DNA of 55,035 nucleotides, filler included, from Bipalium vagum (GCA_037834085.1; 3 parts of 3 records of this genome joined end to end with filler, not necessarily neighbours in it), one strand, 5' to 3'; positions 40,340 to 51,619 are shown, counted from the whole stretch's first letter. Notes: generated by a model from the sequence alone, not told the origin. Numbers and translations: made by a program.

Positions 40340-41220
40340 AAAAAATTGTGCAGGGCTCCGGAAATCGTTCAAAAAATCAGTTTTCCTAGGTCGTCGATTG
40401 AAGGTATCAGATATAGCTAACAAAATGGAGATGTCAACCGAACGGGTGTTTTTTATTTGTATAATGAATTAGAAATGAAAATATTAACGACGAGATGGGT
40501 GCCGCGTTTGCTTAAAATTGAACTAAAACAAGTAAGAATGAACCTTTTGAAAAAGTGTTCGCCACGTTTTCAGAAGAATATATTTGATTTTGTGCGAAGA
40601 TTTATTACCATAGATGAGACATTGGCTTATTACTACAGCACAGAAAGTAAAACCTAATTTAAGCAGGGAAACATCGGAACTCACCACATTCAATGAAATC
40701 ATTGACCGTTAAATCTGCTGGTAAGGATCAATATTTTGAAATGCCAAAGGCATTCTTATGATCGATTATCTTCAAAAAGATGAAACAATCAATAAAGTAT
40801 TACGTAAAACTGTTGTATAAATTGCATATCATTCATGAAAAAGACCCAGTTTGACGAAAAAAACCAATTTTCAGCAAGATAATGCATGTCAACATGCAAC
40901 ACTAATTACATCGGCAAAAACCAATAAATATAAAGAACGAACTTCTTCAACATTCCCATATTCACCCGATTTGGCTCCTTCGGAGTCAAACATTTTCTAA
41001 AGTTGAAGATTTTTTTGGTGGAAAGCGCTTTTCCACTATATAGGAATTTCATGAAGCGATAAATCATTATTTTGGTAGCCTTGACGAAAACCACTTTCGA
41101 GAGAGCATAATGATCTTAGAACATCGTTGACAGAAGTGCTTTAATCTAAAGGAAGATCAAGTTGAAAAATAATGTGATTTTTGTTTATAATTATAATTTT
41201 TATTTCTCAAACCACCTTTA
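40340..41220 (+). mobile_element. Decayed mariner transposase
   Basis: RWVPRLL, FITIDETLAYYY, FQQDNA and PYSPDLAPS motifs across frames. Confidence 0.85.
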
Positions 41221-41369
41221 TACAATTTATGTTTCATTCTCATTATGCTTAGGATACACTTGTCCTGCGCATTTATCCATCCGCTAATATACTCTTCCAC
41301 AAAAAGAAATACAAATTTAAAAAGAATTACTCATAAGTAAATATTCTATTTGGTTTTGTTATAAAATGT

Positions 41370-41801
41370 CTGTTATCTGCGCGTTATCAACCAGAACATC
41401 ATTCCAAATACTGCACAGCGTCATCTTACGTTGCAACAGGATAATGCAAAGCCGCGTTATACCAGAATAGTGGGCGATGCTTTGAGTGCCGGATATGTTT
41501 CAGTTCTTCCATGGTCTGCACGATCACCTGATATGTCGAACATGCTTGGGATCAACTTGGTCGATGTACGGAAACAATGTACGAGCAACCAGCAACTACA
41601 GAGATTGCCATCAGACTTTTAGAACATTGGGATCTCATACCCCAAGAAGATTTTTAAAATTTAATGTTAAGCATGGACAAGAGAATTGAGAATACAGGAG
41701 GACACACTAGTTATTAAGTCTATCGTTTAATTTGTCTGTATGGTACAATTGTAATAGAAATTCGTTTGTTAATTTTTAGTACTTTTTCTGGAACAGAATA
41801 T
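41370..41801 (+). mobile_element. Tc1-like remnant
   Basis: LQQDNAKPR...VLPWSARSPDMS, with a downstream GGHTSY* C-terminus. Confidence 0.8.
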
Positions 41802-42997
41802 ATTAATTATTATATATAAAATATTTTAATCGTCAATATTTTTGTTCTTTTCTCTATTACCACTACTAATCAACTATTTCTGGAAAATATAATTTTTTTA
41901 AAAAATCAATACAATTTAGTCCAACAAGTTACTTAGAAGAAAAAAGTTGCTTGAAAAAGAATATAAAAATGAAACACTTGGTACTTGACAAAAAAAGTTA
42001 CTGTATTAAATATTCAAAGTCACGACTAAATAAACTCTTCCTTTTACAATTGTTTATCAAAACAATGTTGTTTATTCCAGAAATTGAATACATCGCGATG
42101 TTTAAAAACTTCAAGAAAAATTACCAACAATAGAATTTCAGGAAACTCGCTCTTTTAGATCGATGTTTTTAATCCCAATGTTTAAAAAAATCAACATATT
42201 CGCATTACATTTTGTCAGCGGAACGATATGTCTTCTTCTAGAACACTGGAAATGATGCAGAACTATTTCAATGAACAATGTATATGTAGAGAAACTGAGA
42301 ACCCTAGCATGGGAGACAATGACTAATCAACGAACATGCTCGAAGTATACAAAACTATTTAGAAGGATTATCCATGGATAAGGTAGAAAAGGTACTAAAT
42401 GAATTTTTGAGTCAAAACCAAAGAAATTTTACCGAACCGATGGGAGAAGATTATGCAGAACGAATTAAAAAATTTTATGAAATAAAATTTATCAAAAATT
42501 GTGGGTTAATCAATATATAATCATTCAAACAATAATAATTATTGATTATAAATAAATAAATCAATAATTAAAATAAAATAACATAATTAAATCTACAATG
42601 ATACAAAATAAAGGAATTTAACGATAATTAAGATTGAAAAATGAAAATTAGAACATTTTTTTCGTAATACACAGACAGAGATATTCAATAACATCTTCGT
42701 CCATTATATGGATCCAGATAAAACAACTGGAATCTATGTAACAGAATCAGTGATTGCGTTAAAAATTCAGATCTAATTTTTGCGTTAATCACAACCGACA
42801 GTTCACGTTTTTGAATGTTAATGTCATTCGGTTGTCATAATCCGAATCAAAATAAATAATTATTCTTTGAAAGGGTTCAAAGTTTGTCAATTAGTAATAT
42901 CATAGCTACCCAAACACCGACAAAACTATTTATGTGGTAGTCGTAACTAGTCTCGCCTTCATGTTACAAAATTAAAGTACATTGCAAAAAAGTTCAC

Positions 42998-45245
42998 TTA
43001 CATTCCCGGATCGACCATCCTATTAACAATGTTAAGATTGTCCAGAACATGGAAATCTTCGTCCGATAACTTGAGGTCCACAGCCTGCCACATGAAATCA
43101 CATTACAAGACTTTAAGATAAATAATCAGTAAAAACAAAAGTAGACCTTCATATTTTCAGCTAATCTAGCTGGAGATATTGATTTCCATATACAAATAAG
43201 CTTTCTGTGAATAACATAACTTAGCATAACTTGTGCAGGTGTTACACCAAGTTTTTCAGATATTCTCAATACTTCTGGATCCTCCAATGGTCTTTTTTCA
43301 CCCTCTACGGCAACCGGTCTGTCAATTGCTCCTCCCAGTGGCGAATAGGCTGTAACTTGAACATTATTTTCGTGACAAAACGCCACCAATTTCTTGTTCG
43401 GAAGGTAAAGATGGACCTCAACCTGAATTGATAGACTAATTTCAGAAAATAATAGTCGTAATCAAAATACTTGATTAACGGCGGGCCTGATTCGACAGTT
43501 ATCTAAAATATACTGCAACTGTCGAATGTTGAAATTTGACACTCCAATCGATCTGACCTTACCCTCGTCCACCAATGACTCCATTGCCTGATAAGAATGT
43601 TATTATTTATCATGTCTTTATTTCATAAGAGTTATTTTTTAGATAATTTCTTTATTTGAAATTTAATATATCCAATCAATAATTAATAATGAAATCGATA
43701 ATTTTAGTTTTTATATAAAATCTATAATATTCATTTTTATTAATTTTATCTTATTTCGATCATAGTACTGCAATGTTAGTCTTAATGGTGTGAAAATTTA
43801 CAAACTCAAAAAATTCTTAAGTTCTCTTCATGGAATAATGATCAGATCCCTACAGTTACAGTCAAATTTGTTTTCTTTCTATCTGAAGATTGGGTTGTTT
43901 GGCTTTATTTAATGGTCGAGAAAGAAAAATTTTATGACCAACAAAGTTCAGTAGTACGGCAAATGTACTTTATAATTGGTTAATATTAAATTTAGAAATA
44001 TTTGGTGCGGGAAATTTATTATATTTTATTAATTATATATTATTATTATATGTAAATATTTGATTAAATGTTAAAATATAGAAATTAAATTTTTTTAAAA
44101 TAACGGGCTTTAATTTAGTAAGCGGTTAGATAACATTTAATAAACGAGAGAACAGATCACACAAGTCTTGGAAGTTTCGGCCTATATTGAACAAGTTTGG
44201 CTGACAAGTGATAATGTATTCACCGTATCGTTCTGATCTGGTATCATCAGATCATTTAGTTAGATCTAGGCAGAAATCTCTCAAAGGTGTAATGTTCAGT
44301 TCAATTGAGGAATGTGGAGAATAACTGGTACACCTTTCGATAAAATTTTTTCAGTTATGGATTAATGATTCTACATTAAAAATTATTGATGTAAGGTGGT
44401 TAATATTATTAGTATTTTTTATTTTACTTTTTCTATAACATTTCAATTTTTACAAAATACGAAAACCTTTTCCGATACTAAATTGTTTGTTCGGGTGACT
44501 TAAGGAAAAATTTAGGACATACTCTAAGAAAATAAATGATTTGAACCTCTCTGATGTATAAAATTATTTAATAAGAGAATTAATCAATAAAACATCAATT
44601 TTTTCTGTTAAGGTTTTCAGACGAGTTATCTTTAAATTCAAATGACAATAATGGTGGTCTTATTCAAAAAAACGTACCCTCCAGGTTTCCATCAGATCAA
44701 TATAATCTAGTTGGTCTTTTATAATCTCTTCACTGGGAAAAATATTTCCTGGCTGAATCATGTCACATTACTTAAATCAACCAAAATACCATACATTACC
44801 TTGTATGATATTGGCCAGTGAATCAAAAACAAATCTAGATAGTCCAGCTTAAGATTATTCAAAGACTCCTGAAATCCGGAGCGGACATAATCATGTCTAT
44901 GATAAGAGTTCCATAACTAAAAAAAATTCATGTCATTCTACATTTAATATAATCAATAGCCAACTTTGCTGGTGATGAACAAATGCTCCCTTTTATACTT
45001 TCCCGATTTAAGTTCATTCTCTAAAGTGTCTCCAATCTCTTTCTCATTTAAATATGCCCATGCACAGTCGATATGCGTATAACCCAATTCCAGGACCGCC
45101 TTTACCGTCTCTGGTACGTTTTCTGGTTTCAGCTACGTTACTAACAGTAATATCATATATTCTGTAAACATATTCAAACCAGCCATGTTCCCAATCCAAA
45201 AATTGGCATGTCATAACCGTTGTATAATTTTATTGACTTCGTCAT
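42998..45245 (-). CDS. Aldo-keto reductase (AKR1-like), at least 7 exons; 3' end ambiguous
   Basis: MTKSIKLYNGYDMPIFGLGTW; GYTHIDCAWAY; LFITSKLWN; LDYLDLFLIHWP (catalytic D, Y, K, H intact); AMESLVDEGKVRSIGVSNF; PAVNQVEVH; TAYSPLGG; WKS..RLAEN. In-phase GT-AG introns of ~45-60 bp plus one of ~1.1 kb. Confidence 0.93.
44150..44340 (+). mobile_element. Possible piggyBac transposase scrap in the AKR intron
   Basis: KSWKFRPILNK and ENNWYT resemble the piggyBac KLWKIRP and DNWYTS motifs; very short. Confidence 0.3.
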
Positions 45246-46433
45246 TGTTTTGAATGAATAATGATATTTTGATTTGTGAAGCTCTTCTTGTTCACACAAA
45301 GAATCGTTGTTTAATTAGACGATTTAAACAATGCAAAATAACTGAGTAAAGGAAAATAAAGTAAAAAATACGCCAATGAAATTAACTGAGGTTCAATTAT
45401 AATGATAAATAGTTAATCAATGAAAATATTGAGGCAAATTTATTTTCGTAAATTTTTAGAAAACCACGAACATTAACGAAATCATGTGACTATTTTCAGT
45501 TAGATAAAATATAATTTATTAAAAATTTGAGGGGAAAAAGTCTTTCCTTTTTAATTAAGAAAAATTGAAAATAAATATAATTTTCTTATTAATATGGCTG
45601 AAAAAAGTTCCTGAATTTTTCGTCATGATTTGTTTTAAGTTGAATTGCAAGCGGCCTGTAAATTCTAAATGCAATATTATTAATTTTAATATAAAATCAA
45701 TTGTCCAATTTTAATTATTCGAAAAAATCATTAATATCAATTGTCTTAATAAACTAAATAAATGTCGCAAAAACTTCAAAACAAGGAAAAATGGTAGGTA
45801 CATGCCTAAATTTTATTTCTTGAAATGAAAAAATGCCACCAAAAATATTTGATGTTTGTAAGGTAATACTTTATCAGAAAGAGCAGAATTTTAATATCAA
45901 TATACAAAATTAAAAGACTTCCTTTGATGTTGCAATATTGCACCTGCTGTCACTCTTATGCCATGCTCCACCATCTTGGTATACCCAATGTCAAACGTCG
46001 ATCCCATAAAAATGTGTGCATATCTCATTAATAAACGTCGTAATCGCTACAAAGGTTGTTCTGTACAGAGTTGTGCAATCAACTGTTGCGCTCTTCATTA
46101 GTAATTTTTTTCGTCAGATCCAACCCCCCCCCAATACTGCCGATTTCTACTTCACGACATGTTTCTTTCCATCTGACAGTCACTGTACAGGAACCAAGAG
46201 GTCTAGAGGTCTAGAGCTCTAAATGAGTGGCTTGGTCATTTGTAGGCTTAGTTGGACTGATACTGATTACAAAGGACACATAGATTTAAGGATGGAGAGT
46301 ACAATGTAAATGGGGGGTACACATCGGAAAAGATTGAAAAGGGGAAATTGAAATTTTTACAATATACAAGGTTTAAAATATACAAAGGTAATTAAACATA
46401 ATGCTAAGATAATAACAAGTATATATATATATA

Positions 46434-46900
46434 CAGTGTAACTTCTATTTTGGACAAATTTCTGAAATGGACCACTTCTATAATCGGACAAAACTCCATA
46501 TTTGGACCCATAATTTGTACTTATCATATTTCTCGATATTTTCATATAAAAAATAAAATTCTTGGTCCAAAAATTTCAATAATTTGTTTTAATAATATTT
46601 TCGTATATAACATTTTCAAAATCAGGAATGAGTAAAAAATTATCATATGAAGATAAATAAAATAATTGAAAGAATTGCTTTAAATATATCAAAAAAACAA
46701 ATAGAATTGATTTCAAAGCACCGACAGGTTGGTTGGATAAATTTAAGATGCGGTATAAAATCAGTTGGAAAGTTTTATCCGGAGAAATAAAATCAGCTGA
46801 TCACTCTCAAACTGAAAACTTCCTAAATATCATGAAAGAAAAAATTAGCCAATATACAGCTAATAATGCGACGAAACCGCTTTATACTACAGATCAATCA
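46434..46900 (+). mobile_element. pogo/Tigger-like 5' fragment
   Basis: TA-CAGTGTAACTTCTA TIR; CENP-B-type HTH FKAPTGWLDKFKMRYKISWKVLSGEIKSAD. Confidence 0.8.
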
Positions 46901-46934
46901 GCTGGAGAAGTTCCTATTTCCTTGTTCTGTAAAT

Positions 46935-47900
46935 TTTTTAAACATTAAATTTTCTAGAGTTCTATAAATCTTACAATGACACCTGCTTTCCCTCATTTTC
47001 TGTTGAGTAAATTTCTATCTCATTATCATCACGAAAAGCTTCAAATATTTTATTATAAAATTCTGTTCCTTTGTCTACCAAAAGTTTTTCTGAAACTCTA
47101 TTTAGAATCTTCAAATATTTCATCGAAAGCATTTGTAATTGTTTGACCTGTTTTATTTTTTAAAGGAACAGCAAAAGCAAAACGAGTATATAAATCAATA
47201 ACTGTTAGAATTATTTGATAATCTTTTTCTCCAGGAACAAATGTTAGATCTGCAGACCAAATATCATCTTTATTATTAACTTTTACTTTTCGGAAATTTT
47301 TAGTTTTTCTAAATTCTTTATGAAGTTCATTTGCTAATTGTTTACTTTTATCAGGAGGAAGAATTTTTGAATTTTCGAAACGTTTTTCATTTGCGAGTGT
47401 CTTTGAAGATCTTTTAAATCCTAAATCTAAAGCTATATTACCTTTATGAGTCCGCAGAGCCGCTCCAAGAGCAATTTTGCTCGCATAATTAATTTTACAA
47501 TTGCTCTTTCAAGTTTTTCTCTTGGAGTTGGATTTTGAATATTGTTCATTTCATGAATCATGTCAACATCTGCAACATGTCTATCCTTTAAATCTGTTGA
47601 CATATTTAACATCATGTTTCATTTCTGCTTGATCAACTCGATTTATTAGAAGTGAATCAGGTTTTGGAATTTGGAGAAATGATAAATCTTGATTGTCTTC
47701 AAAATTTTCTAATATTTCTTCATAGTTTTCTAAACATTTGTCAACATTTGTTCCAGGTCCAGTAAAATTGTGAACTGGATTTGTTTTATTTAAAGGATTT
47801 AAAGATTTTAAATGTAATTCACCTGGATATCTTCCAGTTGTAAATTTGTTTAAAAATATATTATTTGTAATTGGTGATTGGATGTCACCTTCTGTTTTTA
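46935..47900 (-). pseudogene. Polinton/adintovirus PLA2-like domain followed by an rve integrase (frameshifted, 3'-truncated)
   Basis: PGELHL...HNFTGPGT...INRVDQAEMKHDVKY...DRHVAD (parvovirus-type PLA2). Then LANELHKEFR...DDIWSADL...ILTVIDLYTRFAFAVPLKNKTG...LVDKGTEFYN...YSTENEE.KAGVIVRFYRTL (Polinton integrase; catalytic E replaced by V). Confidence 0.9.
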
Positions 47901-47999
47901 TAAAAAAGATGGAAATCTTTCTTGAATGTTTTGAATATTAGTTGTTTCTCCCTTTAGGATGATTCTCCATTTTTGGATGAGGAGACCTTCTAATTGGAG

Positions 48000-48140
48000 G
48001 ATTATCTTCTATTTTGGAGGAGAAAGATTAGTCTTTATTTTTGTACTATTTAAAAAATGTATATTTGTATTTTCATGTCTAATTTTATTTTTTTTAGAAA
48101 TATATTTTTCACAAAGTTCACAATAATATTTTTCTAGCAT
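48000..48140 (-). pseudogene. C2H2 zinc-finger ORF start, Polinton-associated
   Basis: MLEKYYCELCEKYISKKNKIRHENTNIHF (CxxC...HxxxxxH). Confidence 0.6.
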
Positions 48141-48199
48141 TTTTTAGGAAAAAAAGATTATTAAAAAATAATTATAATTAAAAAAATATTAAAAATTAA

Positions 48200-48532
48200 T
48201 TATTGAGTTTTATTTAAAAATTTTATTAATTTTCCTTGATAAAATTTTAATATTTCCACACTTAATTCTTTATTTATTTTCGAATAATTATAAATAATTA
48301 TATCATTCAGATTTTTATGTTGTTCTTTTATTTTATTTTTATATGGTTCAAATGTGCAATTATCTATTAACCATAATAAATCTTTAAAATAAGATTTTAA
48401 ATTTTTTTCTTCTAAATTGGAATTTTTAGCTCTTAAAAATATTTCATAATATTTATTTTGTGGAAATTTATTTTCAATATTATTTAGTTCTTCATTGGAT
48501 AAGTTATTTAAATCGATTCTTTTGGTTTCCAT
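48200..48532 (-). CDS. Hypothetical 110-aa protein, probably part of the Polinton fragment
   Basis: Intronless K/N/E-rich ORF, co-oriented with and sharing the TAAAAAATG start context of neighbouring Polinton ORFs. Confidence 0.45.
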   Translation of the reverse strand: METKRIDLNNLSNEELNNIENKFPQNKYYEIFLRAKNSNLEEKNLKSYFKDLLWLIDNCTFEPYKNKIKEQHKNLNDIIIYNYSKINKELSVEILKFYQGKLIKFLNKTQ

Positions 48533-48626
48533 TTTTTAAGAAAAAATTTGAATTTTTTGATTTTTATTTTTTTTTTATTTTTTGATATATTTTATGTGTA
48601 TGAAAAAGATTTAAACTTTATATGCC

Positions 48627-48734
48627 ACACAAAGGGGATCTTATTTGTAAATACGTTTTTAACGAACGAATGAGCGTGTGTGCCGGGAGACACACATGCG
48701 AGTGAGTGAGGAATAAATGGGGTCCCCTTTGTGT
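48627..48734. repeat. 108-bp inverted-repeat element
   Basis: ACACAAAGGGGATCTTATTT ... AAATGGGGTCCCCTTTGTGT, with an internal GTGTGT/ACACAC hairpin. Confidence 0.8.
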
Positions 48735-49460
48735 AATAATAATAATTATTAATACAACTTCTGAGTATTATTTCTGAAACTGAGGAAATGGTTGAGGATA
48801 TTGATGATGCCCGACCTTCAAGTGCTGATGGCAGCACATGGAAAGAAGGACGTGTCATAATTGATTTTTTATTTGATATCTATTTCTCATTTGTCTGTAA
48901 TAGATACCAAGCACTAATGAACGTGCTTCAGACAAGACAAGGTTATTTAGCATAATTTCGTTACATTTGCAATATATTGCTAAGCATGACCTTTCATAAG
49001 CAGCACAATTCAGTGACAGCATTGCATTCTGTCCGGTATTATTTTATTGTATTTCTAGGCCACTTTATTCTCTCATTACCGAAATCCATTACGAGTAAAA
49101 CGTGTAATGAAATATTTGGGGATTATTATTTCCCTAAACCAAAAATGTACTCAAAATATTCAAATTTATTGAATTATTATTGTGCACATTTGATATTATT
49201 ATATTCATTAGCAATAAATTTCAAAGCTAACGAAATTCTACTATATAACCTTGTCTTGTCTGAAGCACGTTCATTAGAGCTTGGTATCTATTACAGGAAA
49301 AATGAGAAACAGAAATCAAATAAAAAAAATCAATTGACACGTTTTTCTTTCCTTGTGCTGTCATCGTTCACTTGCAGGTCGAACATCATCAATATCCTCA
49401 ACCATTTCTTCAGTTTCAGAAATAATACTCAAAAATTGTATTATTATCATTATTATTTAT
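48735..49460. repeat. Long fold-back (two ~250-bp inverted arms, ~225-bp spacer)
   Basis: Arms ~48735-48983 and ~49208-49460. AGATACCAAGCACTAATGAACGTGCTTCAGACAAGACAAGGTTAT matches the reverse complement of the right arm with one mismatch. Confidence 0.92.
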
Positions 49461-49846
49461 TATTATTATTATCATTATTATTTAAAGTTTTTTATTTTAC
49501 TTTCGTAGTTATCAAATGTCAAAAGTCTCAGCTGAAATAAATTATCAATAAAAATAATAAAATTGATTTTCATATTTAATAAAATAAGTTTTATATTGAT
49601 TGAGCTGAGAACATTTCCTGAGAAATATAAAATGCACATCCGGACTTTGATTTCTCGAAAATTACCATAATGACCGAACATTATTTTGTTTTATTGCTTT
49701 ACTTTGCACTGGAGATTATTCTCTTCAAGTACGACTTCCTTGCGTGAATTCAATCAATAATTAATGGTAATGAGAAGCATTTGCTGACCTCTCTTGGGCA
49801 CCATTTTGAATAAAAGGTTGCAGAATTTATGATCGTTCATTAAACA

Positions 49847-50312
49847 ATGAATTGGTTTCCATCAATTTGTGTTGCACTACTTTGCGTGGTGGTCTATGCT
49901 GATGATCCCGACTTTGAAGGACAGGGATACGTGAAAAAGGGTAAATGTAAAACATACTTTTAGTTCGAAATGTGTTTTGTGTTTTGTTTGTTATTATTAT
50001 TATTATTATCTTTTTCGACTATTAGTCTTCCTCTTCAACAATATTTCTAGGAAAACCCTACGTCTTTCTGAACAATAAGGATATTCTTTCCGAGAAAGAC
50101 ACAACATATCAATACGGTACTGGATCAAAATGTGTAAGGTGCAAAATTAAAGGATTCTCAAAACCGAACACTATGCCAACATACAAATGCTATAAGTAAT
50201 AAAATTAGATTATGTGTATTATATATTTTTTATCATTTTATTTATTTAATTATTTAGACCAGCGAACAAAGAAATTAATGAAGTCTGGATAAGAGTTTCA
50301 AAATGTCAATAA
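49847..50312 (+). CDS. Small secreted Cys-containing protein, 97 aa, 3 exons
   Basis: Exons 49847-49940, 50051-50195 and 50258-50312 join in frame via GT-AG introns (phases 1 and 2): MNWFPSICVALLCVVVYA-DDPDFEGQGYVKKGKPYVFLNNKDILSEKDTTYQYGTGSKCVRCKIKGFSKPNTMPTYKCYKPANKEINEVWIRVSKCQ*. TATA-like AATAAAA ~35 bp upstream; AATAAA downstream. Confidence 0.8.
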
Positions 50313-50649
50313 AATCAGACCTCGGTTCTTCGTTGGAATTAATGATAAATAAAATATATTTATTTGTTGTCATAGTAATTGTTCGTAATTAATTTGTTTA
50401 AAATGTCCCCATTGAAATTTTGAGATAATGTATTCCTTTCAATTCTCGTTGATTTTCTCAGGAGAAAACTTTGGGAATGGTTGCATATATTACCAAAATT
50501 AATTAATTTTTATAATAACAAATTCATCCATCAATTATTGATATTTCTCCTAATGAAGCATCCAAATATCCTGACAAGTTAAAAATAAAAAATAATGGAA
50601 ATTAAAATGAAAATATTAATCAATTAACTTTAAAACTAAAATGTCAAAA

Positions 50650-51090
50650 TTGGAAATAAAGTTCGAATTTTTAAATATAAAATAAATTCGGAAGATAAGA
50701 CAGTATCCGGTGCTAAGCAACGGTTCTTAGAAACCTTAACAGTCAAGAAATCTTTCACAGACCTCATTATGGAGTTGGCAGAGATGAAACAGAGAGAAGA
50801 TGAGAGATTCTTAACCTTCGAGATTAAAATACGAAAACAACTGAACGGTGTCTTAGAATCGGGTTCGATTAGAGATGAAATGATCAATCTCCTAACAAAG
50901 AGAGCCAGAATTGGGAAATTAAAAGAAGCATTAATTTCTAGGCCAAATATTGATGCAACAGAAATCAGAAGCTTGGCGAAGCTATACGAAGCCCGGGAAC
51001 AACATAAGGAGTGTTTTCAAGTAAATTCCGTTCGCAAACAAAGTTATGCTGTAGCCATGAGAACGGAATCTTACGATAAGCAAGCTAAGT
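50650..51090 (+). mobile_element. Probable LTR-retrotransposon gag (capsid) fragment
   Basis: ELAEMKQREDERFLTFEIKIRK resembles the gag capsid L..Q...E....F...L pattern; purine-rich composition like the 10-12 kb Gypsy. Confidence 0.45.
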
Positions 51091-51097
51091 TTGACAG

Positions 51098-51376
51098 AGG
51101 GCTCAAGATAAGTATTGAATTAAGAGACCCTGCAACTTAAATGACAGCCACTCTCTGTAGTGTTGGAGCGCCATAGATTCATGCAGGGTAGCCGTGACCT
51201 TGTGAATGTTGTCACCGTCAAAAACGTATTGAAGGGTCTTATTTGGAGTGAAGACAATGACGGTGAGGGTCACAGATTAGTTGGGTACCATGAAAACGCA
51301 TTTAATGCGCTGTAGTTTTAACCCTTTACAGGATTTCCGAATCTTCGTTCTCCAACTGACTTGGTCGAATAACCCT
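51098..51376. other. Compact multi-stem structured sequence (candidate structured RNA)
   Basis: At least nine nested helices, listed in findings; family unassigned. Confidence 0.55.
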
Positions 51377-51619
51377 TGGTCGTTTTATAGGATTTATTAA
51401 AACATTAAAAAAAATTTAATTTAAATATACTTCTATAGACTCAAATTTAAAATTAGGAAGTATTTCTAGAAAATTTTTACTTAAGATGAAATGAAATGTT
51501 TTTATTTTTTTCGATATTTATGTTATTTATTTATTTACGATTATTTATTTTACGATTTATGCGTAAAATATTTTTTAACATATAAAAGTTAATTTAAAAA
51601 TTATAAAAATTATAAATTT

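Noticed and set aside
42785-42840. SECIS element for a selenocysteine AKR
   Set aside because: The ATGA-N11-AA-N20-GA spacing is present on the minus strand, but helix II does not pair in register with the GA quartet. Kept only as a generic hairpin.
48977-49540. 187-aa ORF (and 48592-48858)
   Set aside because: Runs through the fold-back arm and low-complexity TTA sequence; no protein features.
51098-51376. Telomerase RNA, HDV-like or hammerhead ribozyme, H/ACA snoRNA or RNase P identity for the structured element
   Set aside because: TAACCCT is not extended into a 1.5-repeat template; no CUGANGA/GAAA core; too little room for HDV P2/P3; no ANANNA hinge; no P4-forming CR-I/CR-V pair.
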